A DNA stretch of 64,000 bases from the human T2T-CHM13v2.0 reference genome, Homo sapiens (GCF_009914755.1 NC_060943.1); one strand, 5' to 3'. Counted from the stretch's first letter, positions 1-15,352 are shown. The notes: generated from the letters alone by a model not told the origin. Made by a program: numbers and translations.

Positions 1-200
1 CGGGGGGCAGGCGGCAGGGGAGGGCGGCCTGACACATCCTGACTCACCCTCCCTGCCTGCCTTTTCCATTCAGACGGAGCGGCTGCCTTGCAGGGCTCAC
101 GCCGCCGCGCTCGGAGGAGGGCACGGAAGGAAAAGTTGGAAAAGTTGAAAAGGGAAAGGGGGGGGTGGTCGGAGAGGGGCTGGTGAGGTCATTGGCGTCC
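1..200 (-). promoter_or_regulatory. IL11: IL11 proximal promoter with tandem AP-1 sites
   Basis: TGACACA at 30-36 and TGACTCA at 40-46 read GGGTGAGTCAGGATGTGTCAGG on the minus strand, the tandem AP-1 element I recall from the human IL11 promoter. Position next to TMEM190 agrees. No IL11 exon is in the window. Confidence 0.7.
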
Positions 201-765
201 CCTCCCTCCACCTCCACGGGCCGGAGCAGACACTCAGGCTCAAGCGCTGGGGCCCGACTGTGGGTGGGGGTCCGGCTGGACCAGGACTAGCAGAGAGAGA
301 TGGGGAGGCAGGAGGACGGAAAGGCAGAGAAAGGCCGGACGGAGGGACAAGACAGGGGCCTGGAGAGGTGGAGGCAGGAGGAAGAGGGAGTGGAAGGGAA
401 GGAGAGAGAGAGAGACACACACACACACAGAGTGAAGGACAGACTGAGACAGAGACAGGGAGATGGAGATCCACAGAGATGGAGGCAGCCAGAGAGACAC
501 ACCAGAGAAGCAAAGAGGATCAGAGGGGCAGCCCTGGAGACAGAGGGAGAGGTTCTGGGAGTCAGAGATCAGAGAGCGGGAGGAAGACAGCAGGAGGGAC
601 TTGGGGAGACCCAGGGAGACCCCGAGGGGAAAGGAACAGAGACACCAAGACTCTGAGACAGAGGATGCCGCAGCTGAAGAAAGGCACCAGGCAAACAGAG
701 ACACGGGGCAGAGTGACAGGGACGGAGAGGCCCCAGGGACAGAAAAGGGGAGACAGAGATATTAG

Positions 766-1452
<687 letters not shown>

Positions 1453-1569
1453 TTTGAAAAGCCTTTCTCAAAGAGGCAGGTGGAGACAGGAAGGAGGAGG
1501 AGAGACGGAGACTGAGGACCAAGAGGCGCTGAGACACTCCATAGAGGCAAGACCTCCATGTGCGACTCT

Positions 1570-1700
1570 CCCCCTCTGTGCCTCAGTTTCCTCATCTGTG
1601 AAGGGGGGTTAATGATGCACCCTCATCTGCCTAAATGCCACGATGAGGATAAAGCGAGCTCATTCACGTGAAGCACAAAGTCAGTGCTGACCATCCTTAT
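1570..1700. mobile_element. MIR SINE fragment
   Basis: MIR core-like sequence ctctgtgcctcagtttcctcatctgtgaa. Confidence 0.75.
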
Positions 1701-2612
1701 TCCCCTCGTTAACTTTTCTGAACACATCAGGGACACAGAGAAAAAGATGTCGCCTTCGAGAGAGATGGGGCAGGAGCAAGATGGGGTGAAGACGGGACAG
1801 TGGGGACACGGAGACAGTGGCCAGAACCACCGGGGCCAGAGCCCTGGACGTCACCGCACAGAGGTGGAGGCAGGAGAGGAGTGCAGGGGGGAGGGGACCC
1901 ACAGGCCAGGGGGGAGGCAGCGACGCCTACCCAGGCTCACAGTGGGCCAGCCCCAGGCATGGGGGCAGAGGAGACCCGGGATTCACCACAGAGCAAGCGA
2001 GGGGCAGAGGTACCAAGCCATGTCCCCGAGAGCCCCCAGACCTAGATGGCAGGGAAGGACAGGATGGGACTGAGAGCGCGGAGGTGGTGGGGGCTCTGAG
2101 GCTCTGTGCAGACCCCCTCGTGTCAGCCTCCGAGACTGCCGGGCTGGTTGGAGGCTTCCCCTTCCCAATCCAGCACCACTGGAAGGGCAACTGCTCAGGT
2201 CCCCAAGGAGGTGAGGTCACAGCCCCCCCACGGTGGGACATGACCTCATCGCCTCAGGTAAGAGCTCTCTCTCCCTCTCTCTGGTCTGTCACAGCCACCC
2301 CTTTCAGGGCCCCCCAGGGGCCTTCCCCAGCACCAGCTCCTGCTGGGACCCAGGCCTCTGACCACCGGGTCTCCGCCCCTCAGGGGGCCTGCTTCCGGCT
2401 GAGTCAGTGTGGGGGGCCCAAGGCTGCGTCAGTGAGGGGAGAGCTGACGTAGCCCCCCCCAGACCGGCGGGACCAGCCAAGGTGACTCAGGCCACCAGCT
2501 TGGGGGATGGACTAGCCCGAGGGTATGGGGGACTGGCCTGGGGCCAGCTGGGGAGCAAGAAAAGGGTTCTGGTAATGCCAGCCCCGTCCACCTACAGGGA
2601 CCAGAGCCCAAT

Positions 2613-3160
2613 CCCCCAGCCCCTCCTCCCTCAGACCCGGGAGTCCAGGCCCCCAACCCCTTCCCCTTCAGACCCAGGAGTCCAGGTCTCCAGCTCCTCC
2701 TCCCTCAGACCCAGGAGTCCAGGCCCCAGCCATTCCTCCCTCAGATCCAGGAGTCCAGGCCCCCAGGCCCTCCTCCCTCAGACCCAGGAGTCTAGACCCC
2801 CAGCTCCTCCTCCCTCAGACCCAAGAGTCTAGGCCCAGCCCCTCCTCCCTCAGACCCAGGAGTCCAGGCCCCCAACCCCTCCTCCTGCAGACCCGGGAGT
2901 CCAGGCCCCCAGCCCCTCCTCCCTCAGACCCGGGAGTCCAGGTCCCCAACCCCTCCTCCCTCACACCCGGGAGTCCAGGCCCAGCCCCTCCTCCCTCAGA
3001 CCCGGGAGTCCAGGCCCAGCCCCTCCTCCTTCAGACACAGGAGTTCAGGCCCAGCCCCTCCTCCCTCACACCCAGGAGTCCAGGCCCCCAACCCCTCCTC
3101 CCTCAGACCCAGGAGTCCAGGCTCCCAGGCCTTCCTCCCTCAGACCCAGGAGTCCAGGCC
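2613..3160 (+). repeat. MSR1 (chr19q-type ~37-bp) minisatellite array 1
   Basis: About 15 copies of cccagcccctcctccctcagacccaggagtccaggc. Confidence 0.9.
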
Positions 3161-4269
3161 CTAAATTCTAGTTCAAGAAAGGTAGAGGAGGATCTTGGGG
3201 CCCTTCTGCACTTTGGGGAGCATGTGTGGGGAAGGTAATGGGTCTGGGACAAATCTGGGGTCCCAGCCGCTGCCAGTTTCCTGTCTCGTCTGGGTCCCCA
3301 GCCCTGGGTTGTGGGCTCAGACTCCGTCCCCGCAGTGTGGCTGCAGGAGGTACAGGTAGATGGGGCGGGTGCAGAGTGACGGGGCTGGGAGTGACTGGCA
3401 ACTCCTGGGTCTGCCCAGGCCAGGGTGGGACACATTGGGCTACTTCTGTGCAAACAAGAGAAAGAGAGAGAGAGAGACAGAGCAAGAGATGAAGATCGGA
3501 AAAGAAACCCAGAGGCAGGACTGGGGAGTCCCAAGAAAATGACAGATGACAGAGACAAACAGAGCTGGAGAGACAGGGGCAGCAAAGGCCCCAGGAGGCA
3601 GCCAGCGCCACGGAACCCAGTGGAAGCTAGAGACCAGCTTGGAGGCTCGGAAACAGACTGGGCAGCCAGGGCCCAGGCCCTGGGGTGGTCACAGACACTG
3701 GGGAGAAGCCTCGGGGACATGGGGGATGGCCAGGGAGTCCTGGCTCCCGCGCGGCCCCGGGGGGAAGCCGAGCCGGCAGGGTGTGAGGTCAGCAGGTCCC
3801 AGGCTGTGTGTGTGTCCGTCTGTCAGTCCCTGGGGGGTCCCGTCTGGCCTCTGGGGGGTGACGGGGCAGGCCGGCCACAGAGGCAGCCCAAACCTGTCAT
3901 TAGCGGTGAGGGCCGTGACGGCGGGGCCCCCCCAGTCCCAAGCCGCGGTCCAAGGCCAGGCGGCCCCGCCCCCCACCCCCTCCTTGATCCCTGAGGAATC
4001 CCGGGAATTGGGAAGTGGGTCCAGATGATGTTGACACAGGAAACGGTCAGCAGCTGCCCGGCCTCAGCCCCACAACCCCTCTGACCCTCACCCCCGGCCC
4101 CCTGCAGAGCCCCCTCTAACCTGTGTCATCTCTGACGACGGCAGCCCGGGGCCCACTCAGTACCCACCAGGATGTTTACAGGAGAGATGGGTAACACGGG
4201 GAGTCACCCCACGGGGCTTCCTGAGAAATGGGGTCTGGCTCCTAGACCATCCTCCCAGACTCACAAGTT

Positions 4270-4949
4270 CAGGCCCCCAGCCCCTCCTCCCTCAGACCCA
4301 GGAGTCCAAGTCCCCAGGCATTCCTCCCTCAGACCCAATTCTGGCTCCCAGCCCCATCCTTCAGACCTGGGAGTCCAGCCCTCAGACCTAGGAGTCTGGG
4401 ACCCCCCAGCCCCTCCTCCCTCAGACCCAGGAGTCTGGGACCCCCCAGCCCCTCCTCCCTCAGACCCAGGAGTCCAGGCCCCCAGCCCCTCCTCCCTCAG
4501 ACCCAGGAGTCCCGGACCCGGACCCCCCAGCTCCTCCTCCCTCAGACCCAGGAGTCCAGGCCCCCAGCCCCTCCTCCCTCAGACCCAGGAGTCCGGGACC
4601 CCCCAGCCCCTCCTCCCTCAGACCCAGGAGTCCAGGGCCCCAGCCCCTCCTCCCTCAGACCCAGGAGTCCAGGCTCCAGCCCCTTCTCCCTCAGACCCAG
4701 GAGTCTGGGAACCCCCAGCCCCTCCTCCCTCAGACCCAGGAGTCCAGGCCCCCAGCCCCTCCTCCCTCAGACCCAGGAGTCCAGGCTCTAGCCCCTCCTC
4801 CCTCAGACCCAGGAGTCCAGGCCCCCAGCCCCTCCTCCCTCAGACCCAGGAGTCCAGGCTCCAGCCCCTCCTCCCTCAGACCCGGGAGTCCAGGCCCCCA
4901 GCCCCTCCTCCCTCAGACCCAGGAGTCCAGGCTCCAGCCCCTTCTCCCT
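4270..4949 (+). repeat. MSR1 minisatellite array 2
   Basis: About 18 copies of the same 36-38 bp unit. Confidence 0.9.
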
Positions 4950-5369
4950 CTAATGCAGGTGTCTGAGTTTACAACCCCCTTTTCCTTCAGATGCAGGACT
5001 TCTAGCCCAGAGACTGTCCCAGGGAGCTAAGACTCCCTCCTCACTGTGCTGCAAAGCTGAATGGATGAGTTGGGGTGCACTAGGGATTATGGTTCCAACC
5101 CAGCCCCCCATTCCGGTTTCCTCTTCTTGGAAGCCAAGTTTTCTCTCAGTCACTGGGGAGTGGTGGGGGGAATCAATGTGGAAGCTTCAGGATCTCCGTT
5201 TAGCCGACTCCCTCCCACCACTCCCTAACCTCTGTTCACAGATGGGGAAACAAATCCAGGAGGGAAATGTGGGCTCCCTGTCCAGGAGCCACCATTACAG
5301 TCTCCGAGCAGCTCTGGCCCACCAGGCCCTCAAACTCAGCAGGGGCCCACATGGCCTGTCCCCTTCCCT

Positions 5370-5710
5370 GTTTGTTTTTTTTTTCTTTTTTCTTTTTTTT
5401 TTTTGACACAGAGTCTCACTCCTTCACCCAGGCTAGAGTGCAGTGGCACGATCTCGACTCACTGTAACCTCCACTTTCTGGGTTCAAGCAACCTCCACCT
5501 CCTGGGTTCAAGCAATCCTCCTGCCTCAGCCTCCCGAGTAGCTGGGATTACAGGCAAGTAATCACCACGCCCAGCTGATTTTTGTATTTTTAGTAGGGAC
5601 GGGGCTTCCCCATGTTGGCCAGTCTGGTCTCGAACTCCTGACCTCAGGTGACCCGCCTGCCTTGGCTTCCCAAAGTGCTGGGGTTATAGGCGTGAGCCAC
5701 CGCGCCCAGC
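5370..5710 (-). mobile_element. Alu SINE with a small internal tandem duplication
   Basis: Alu body; the segment acctccac...ctgggttcaagca occurs twice at about 5468-5515. Confidence 0.9.
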
Positions 5711-5859
5711 CCTATCACCTTCCCTGCTAAACATTCCCTAGACAGCAGGCCTGGCAGGGCTGAGATGAAAAGCCTTTCTCAAGACCCCTGGACCAGGAGA
5801 CCCCCGGACTTAGGCTCCGGCCCCTTGTCTCATCCCCCTCCCAGGTCTTCTCATTGCGG

Positions 5860-6374
5860 GGGGGACTTTCCCTAACAATGGGGCTCAGTGAGGCCTCTGT
5901 GTCTCACAGCTCCCCTTCCCCTGGTTGTTAAGGCGAAAAACTCCCTAGCAACGGGGTTTCCTGAACCTTCGGGCCACCCGAATCCACCTTCTCAGGTATC
6001 AGTTTCCTTAGGAAAGAAACTCCCTAGCAAAGCCTCCCAGTTCCCCACCCCTCAGGGCGCCCCGGGTGATATGGAGACACGCCCCAGACTCCCACGCCCT
6101 TCCAGACTTCTCTTTCCCACCATAAGTGGCCAAAGAGGCTCTTCTAAACCTGAGACGCCCCCACTCTTCCACCAGGTCCCTAAAGAATCAACACCCTAGA
6201 CCAGGCATGGCCAGGCTGGTGTGAAGCCCTTCCACGTCCGTAGCACACCCCTGACTCCCTAGCAACAGAACTCACAATCCTGGGGCCTGGCGGGCAGGCG
6301 GGCGGGGCCGGTTGCTGGGGTGATGTCCTGTAAGGCCTCTTCCCACAGTGGCCCCAGGGGTCTGGGGAGGTGAC
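5860..6374 (+). promoter_or_regulatory. TMEM190: TMEM190 promoter with RFX X-box-like motifs
   Basis: ACTCCCTAGCAA(C) at 5940, 6019 and 6254, and near-palindrome GTTTCCTTAGGAAA near 6002, all directly upstream of the ATG. Confidence 0.5.
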
Positions 6375-7689
<1,315 letters not shown>

Positions 7690-8724
7690 GGGAGTCCCCG
7701 GGGGACTGCTCAATACAGATACGGTGGACGGACGTGTGTTCTCTTCTCTGAAAGCCGTGGGGAGCAGGGGGCATGGTGCACACAGAGGCTGGGGTAACAG
7801 GTGGGGGCTGGAGGGGGCTTGGGGATGGAGGCTTAGGGGGCGCCAGGCTGTGGTCGTGGGGGTGTGAGCTGAGGGGGAGCCTGGAATGAGAGAGATCTGG
7901 GAGGTAAGTGGGGAGGATCTGAGCTGAGGGGGATCTGCGCTCATGGGGGTGTCCTGGGCTGTGATCATGGGGACCCTGGACTGAGGGGATAGAGGTGTAC
8001 GAGTGCTGGAGTGCGGGTCTGAAATGAGGGAGTTGGGGGTATGTGGGGGTGGTGGGGTCTGAGGGGTGCCTGGACTGGGTGGGGAGAGGGGCACGCCACA
8101 GCTGTGGAAACGTGCCCCTCAGTCTCCTACATGGAGTGCCAGTGACTGACAGTGCCCCCCGCCCCCACCCCAGATGCACCTAGATTACCATGGGTTGCTC
8201 TCCACCAATAACTGAGCATGGCGAGGCAAGGGGTGGGGGTTCCGGGTACAGGTGCCTTCTCGAAGGGCAGGGGCCTCCCTCATGGACGATGACTTCAGCT
8301 CCCAGCTCCCCAGGGGCCAGTGGCAATTTTCTTGGAGGTGCGGTACAGTCTAAGACTAGTCCTACCCATCCCTCCCTCCCTCTCCCTGCACCAAGCTACC
8401 CTACAAAAGTGTTTCCCCAAGACATATCTTGCAAGTCCAGTTTGTCTCTGTGTCTGCTTCTCAGTGAACCCAAACTCACACAGGGATGTTGGGGCTTAGA
8501 GTGGAGGGTCTGGGCTAAGATCCTTATCCCCCGCCCCCTCTCTGGCCCCCTCTGAGAAGGGGCCAGCATAAGGCTAGGCTCCTATATCCCCAGGGCTCCT
8601 GGTCTCCCCAGGGCAGGGGCAGCCTCACCTCAGGTGTGGCCAGGCCCACCTGGGTGCTAGAAGGAAGCAAGCCACCTCGTCTCCATTCCCACCCCAGCAG
8701 GGTCCCTCTCCCAGACAGACATGC

Positions 8725-8853
8725 AGCACTAAGGCAAATCTGCTTTTTATCCAAGTGAGGAGGGAGGGGGTACAGGGAGCGTCCGTCTGGCCACGGATGT
8801 AGGGGCAGCTGCACATCTCAGTCTGGTCCTGACAGCTGGAGCCAAGGGGTTGT
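8725..8853 (-). other. TMEM238: Non-coding last exon (3' UTR) of TMEM238
   Basis: Minus-strand acceptor ctcactccaccctccctcctgcag| with the AG at 8855-8854; variant poly(A) signal GATAAA at 8751-8746. The 3' end is approximate. Confidence 0.6.
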
Positions 8854-9229
8854 CTGCAGGAGGGAGGGTGGAGTGAGCGACTGCTCAGGAACCCCTCCCA
8901 TCCCTGTTCCGGGCTCTCTGCCTGGGGGGGCAGAGGCAGGGAGCCCCATCCACCTGCCCTTGCCGCTCACATGGACTCACACACTTGCTCCTTCATCCCT
9001 GCATGCCCCCATTTGCTGAGTGTGTGCATGCGTGTGTACCTTTAACGCCCTGAAATCCAAGGGTAGAGGCCAGGGAATGCGAGCCAGGGAGAGGCAGAAA
9101 GGGGGAGACGAAGACATGCAGAAGGGGAAAGGCAGAAGCACAGGGACAAAGAAAGAGACCTGGGAGACAGAGACACAGAGACAAAGAGTGAGAGAGAGGG
9201 AGACAGGCAGACACAGTGAAGACAGAAGG

Positions 9230-10936
<1,707 letters not shown>

Positions 10937-11014
10937 TTATTTACCTACATAGAACGTCCTAGGATAATAGGGTTTAATTCTTTTACCAAAACCCTATTTG
11001 AGAGATGAATTCAG

Positions 11015-11800
11015 TCACCCAACCATCCATGTGCCATTAAATGCATTCATCCACTCATCTGTGTACTTATCATTCAGCCCCAACCATCTATTCAACTACC
11101 CATTCACCCATCTACCTATCTATCCAGAGAGCGCACAGAGGCTGGGCAAACTCTGACTGTCCTATGGATAGTCCTATGGACCAGCCGAGGCCCCTGCCCC
11201 AAGGAGTTCCCAGGTGTAACCGCAAGTTAAGGTGCCCTGGGGAGGTGACACAGGCACCCTCATTTCTTTTGTTCAGTAGGAGTCTCTGAGGCCTCCCCAG
11301 TACCATGCTGCATGGGTGAGGCCGAGGACACAGAGAAGTATCAGGAAAAGCTCTTGCCCCTTTATCAGGCAGGGCTCCCTCTCCAACCATATCCATTCAT
11401 GGTTCATTGCCCAATTCACCACCTACCCATATCTACCCATTAAACAACCCATCCATCCGTCAATCCAACCACATCCCTGCATCAACCAACCCATGTATTC
11501 ACCCATCCACCCACCCACCCATCTGTCCATTCACCCGTCCATCCACCCATCCATCTACCCATCCACCTATCCAACCACCCACCCATCTATGCATTCACCC
11601 ATCCATCCATCAAACAACTCATCCATCCACGCACCCATCGATCTACCCATCCACCCACCCACCCATCTATCAATCTATCATCCATTCACCCATGCATCCA
11701 TCAACCAACTCATCCATCCATCCACCCATCCATCTACCCATCCACCCATCCAGCCATCCGTTCTTCCATCCATCCTTCCACTTCCCTACCCAACCATCAA
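11015..11800 (+). repeat. Degenerate (CCAT)n low-complexity tract, interrupted by a duplicated segment
   Basis: ccat/cacc/catc repeats at 11015-11125 and 11385-11800. Confidence 0.85.
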
Positions 11801-12327
11801 CCTTTCCTGATTTCACACTTTTTGCTGGGCAATGCTAGGAACAAGGACGCTAGGGACCTAGGTCTTACCCTCAAGGCACTCCCTGTCAGGTGGGAGAGAC
11901 AGTAACAACATAGACACAGCACATGGCCATATAAGCAGCAAGAGGGGTCGCTCAGACAATATGAAGACCCAGAGAAGACCCAGAGAAATTAAGTTAAATC
12001 TTAAACATGTGAGAAGTTTTCTGGGTGGAGTGGAGACAGCCAAGGGCACTCCTGGTGTAGAGAAGAGCAGGAACAGGGACCAACTGGCTATCTGTGGACT
12101 AAGAGACACCATTAGTGCAGAGAGGCAGGAGAAATGGGGCCAAAATATGGGGGGTCCACAGGCCAGTGAGTGCTTCAGTTTAACCAAAGGTGAAGAGGGA
12201 GCCACAGCAGGTCTTTGAGCAGAGGCAGGCTAGCTGGAAAGGTGTGTTTAGGAAAGAGATAGAAGGTAGAGGGGAAAGGGGAGTGAATGTGTGGTGGCTT
12301 CATTTCTCCTGCTGTTGGTCCTTCTTA

Positions 12328-12451
12328 CTCCTCCTTTCCTAGGCCTACAGGTCAGGAAAATCCCAGCTCCTCCTTTCCTAGGCCTACAGGTCAGGAGAAT
12401 CCCAGCTCCTCTTTTCCTAGGCCTACAGGTCAGGAGAATCCCAGCTCCTCC
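12328..12451 (+). repeat. 39-bp tandem repeat, 3 copies
   Basis: ctcctcctttcctaggcctacaggtcagga(a/g)aatcccag three times. Confidence 0.9.
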
Positions 12452-12581
12452 ACCTACGTGTTGTGTGGCCTTGGGCAAATGTGGCGCCTTTCTGCGCTTC
12501 AGTTTCCTCCACTGCAGAATGGGGATGGTAATAGTAGTGACCTTGGAGACCAGTTACATGGAGAGGATTAAATGGGGCCTG

Positions 12582-12905
12582 GTCTGGGCTCAGTGGCTCA
12601 CGCCTGTAATCCCAGCACTTTGGGAGGCTGAGGAGAGCAAATCGCATGAGCTCAGGAGGTGGGGACCAACCTGGCCCACATGGCAAAACCCCGTCTCTAC
12701 TAAATATACAAAAATTAGCCCGGCAAGGTGGGGCGCACATGTATTCTCAGCTACTTGGGAGGCTCAGGTGGGAGGACTGCTTGAGCCTAGGAGGTCGAGG
12801 CTGCTGTGAGCTGAGATCACGCCACTGCACTCCAGCCTGGGTGACAGTGAGAGATCCTGTCTCAAAACAACCCCAAACGACAACAAAACAAAACAAAACA
12901 AAAAA
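12582..12905 (+). mobile_element. Alu inserted in or next to a MIR
   Basis: Alu flanked by the direct repeat AAATGGGGCCTGGT; MIR-like sequence at 12450-12575. Confidence 0.9.
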
Positions 12906-13216
12906 TGGGGCCTGGTGTACCTGGAAGCTGGGGCTCTCCCCGTGCGGGGGGCCTAACTGTGTGACTCGACCCCCACACTTCCCATCTCCAGGGGCAGGGT
13001 CTCACAGCCTCCCCCACGTATGCACCTGTGCTTGCTGTGTCTGCGGTTCTCCGCCAGAGCCTTCCCGTCCCTGTCTCCACCCCGCCCTGGGACTCTACCT
13101 CCCCATGGCCGCTCTCTGTCTCCATCTGTCCATCGCTCCCCCGTCTGTCTCCATTCCCGTCCCTCCCTCGGTCCCTCCGTCTCCCCGCCCTGCCCCGCCC
13201 GCCCCTCACCTGGGCC

Positions 13217-13747
13217 TCACTCGCTGCCCGCGCCCGCCGCCCCGGGCCCGGCCTCGAGCGTGGCGAGCTGCAGGCGCACGCGGCGGGAGCCGGCGGCGGG
13301 CGGCGGGGGCGCGCGGGCGGCTCGGCGCGCTCTCCGGGAGCCGGGCGCGGGGCGCTGGCCCGCGGCGGCGGGCGCCGACCAGCGGCGGGAGAGCTTGCGC
13401 GCCAGGCGGGCGAGCGCCGAGGGCCGCAGGCCGTAGTCGCGCTCCAGCTCCTGGCGCGAGATCTCGATGTTGCCGGTGTACCAGAGGATCCAGCCCAGCA
13501 GGCTCAGGAACACCAGCAGCGCGCCCGAGTAGATGAGCAGGTCCCCGAAGTCGCGGCCGCGCACCTGCAGCTGCGCGAACACGCCGGTCAGCAGCGCCGC
13601 CATGCCCGCCACATCCAGCGCCACGGCCAGCAGCAGCGCCATCCGGCAGCGGCCCAGGCCGGCCGCGGGTGCTGGCGCGGCCGCCGGCGCGGACGGTGCA
13701 CCCGGCGAGCTCCCCTGCGAGGCGCACACCGCTGGCGCCGCCGCCAT
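13217..13747 (-). CDS. TMEM238: Transmembrane protein 238 (176 aa, two TM helices)
   Basis: Kozak GCCATGG at 13747. MAAAPAVCASQGSSPG...ALLLAVALDVAGMAALLTGVF...DLLIYSGALLVFLSLLGWILWYTGNIEIS...GAGSE*. Splice donor CAG|GTGAG lies 7 nt after the stop. Confidence 0.93.
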   Translation of the reverse strand: MAAAPAVCASQGSSPGAPSAPAAAPAPAAGLGRCRMALLLAVALDVAGMAALLTGVFAQLQVRGRDFGDLLIYSGALLVFLSLLGWILWYTGNIEISRQELERDYGLRPSALARLARKLSRRWSAPAAAGQRPAPGSRRARRAARAPPPPAAGSRRVRLQLATLEAGPGAAGAGSE

Positions 13748-15352
13748 GGCCCTGCACCGCCGCCGCTGGCGCCCAGAGAGAGCGTTCCGGGGTGCGGCCC
13801 GGTCCGGGGCGGGGTCAGGGGACGGCGCCAGGTGTGCCAAGCTCCCGCCTGGTCACCTGAACCGGGCTGGGCGCGAACCGGCCCGGCCGGGGTTACCCTG
13901 GTCGTGGTTTCCGTGCAGGGGCTATTGCTCAGAGGCCTGAGCTGGTGGTAGCCAGGCGCACAGCCACGGGTGCCTAGGGCCCGTGCCACCCAGGGAGGTC
14001 ACATATGGCCAAAAATCAGGGCATTTTAGTGGTGGCAGCATGGGACACTCGGAGCCGGGCGTGGCGTTGTTTCTGCTCAGTGTCCGCCTCCCGAAGCCTG
14101 TGCAGATCAGACAAGGCCTTTAGACACCAAGGAGCTCTGGGACGCGAGAACCAGTAGTCGGGGTGATCTAAGAGGGGAAGCTCCGGGCTCCGCGGAAGCT
14201 GAGTTTCCTTCACTCAGCGCGTGTCTTCTGGGGTCTCCTGTGTTCAGCGAATGAAGCCACGGGCACAAGGACGGACGAGACCCATCAGGTCCAGAGCGCA
14301 CCCGTGGAGGAAGCTGGGCGAACCCCGACTGTCCTATGGAGGATAGTCCTATGGACCAGACGAAGCCCCTGCCCCAAGGAGTGCCCGGGTGTAACCGCAA
14401 GTTAAGGAGCCCTGGGGAGGTGACACAGGCACCCTCATTCCTTTTGTTCAGTAGGAGTCTCTGAGGCCTCCCCAGCACCATGCCGCGTGGGTGAGGCCGA
14501 GGACACAGAGAAATATCAGGCAAGGCTCCTGCCCCCTTAGGGTGGCCCTGACAACGGATCATAACCTCCCAGGGAGCTGATGGGGTGTGACAGGCACACC
14601 ATAGGCTGGAGGCACAGGTGGAGGGCAGGGAAGAGGACCGGCAAATCTATAGAATCCTAAAGGGAGCCAAGAGAAGCCACATGCAAATCTCCCTCCCTCC
14701 AAACAATTCTCCCTTAGAGGGCATCCGCGCTCCCCTGGGGTGGCAGTCAGCGAGAAGTTTCCGTGTAGGTTCTCCCCAGGCTTAAACAGTTTAAGAGTTT
14801 TATTTCAAGAAAACTCTGGGGAGGGCGAACTGCAAGAGGGCTGCCAGGATTAGCCGAGGGATTCCGAATGAAGACGGAGTATTTCCGAACATACACACCT
14901 CTCCCAAGAGCGTTTCCGGAGGGTTCCGAAAATACCCGAGCGGGCCTCGGCGCCCTCATTGGCCATCACCGCGAGGGCTTACGAAGACCGGAAATATCCA
15001 AAGGTGCCGGGGCTAGGCTTATATAGTTCACGCATTCACCAGTTCATTCATAAAACAAATGTTTGTTGAGCGCCCATCATATGCCAATCACAGTGACAAG
15101 TGCTGGGTGAGCAATACTGGAGAGATAACGCTGAGGTATGGGTCCCAGGACCTCTCGAATTGGAGCCACTCGGAAATCCAGCGGTAGAGTTTCGAAAACT
15201 TCCGAACGGTTCCCGGAATACGCTCTCGGCCCTCTAACCGAAGAGTTCCGAATATTCCCGAGCGTTGAGCGAATTGTCGGCGGAAGCAGCCGAACATCAT
15301 CGAGCCGCCTCGGAGGTGGGGACCGACAACTCCTGTCGTGCCCGCCCGGAGA

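Noticed and set aside
4172-4966. 264-aa Pro-rich ORF, and similar ORFs at 2407-2832, 6537-7142 and 6595-8094
   Set aside because: These are translations of MSR1 repeats or the antisense strand of TMEM190, open because of low complexity.
11316-11838. His/Pro/Ser-rich ORFs
   Set aside because: Translations of the (CCAT)n tract.
13748-13840. N-terminal extension of TMEM238 to 207 aa
   Set aside because: It starts at a non-ATG codon. The first strong Kozak ATG is at 13747 and gives 176 aa.
13028-13951. Long GC-rich ORFs antisense to TMEM238, and 62536-63522 antisense to SHISA7
   Set aside because: Shadow ORFs caused by scarce stop codons in CpG-island coding sequence.
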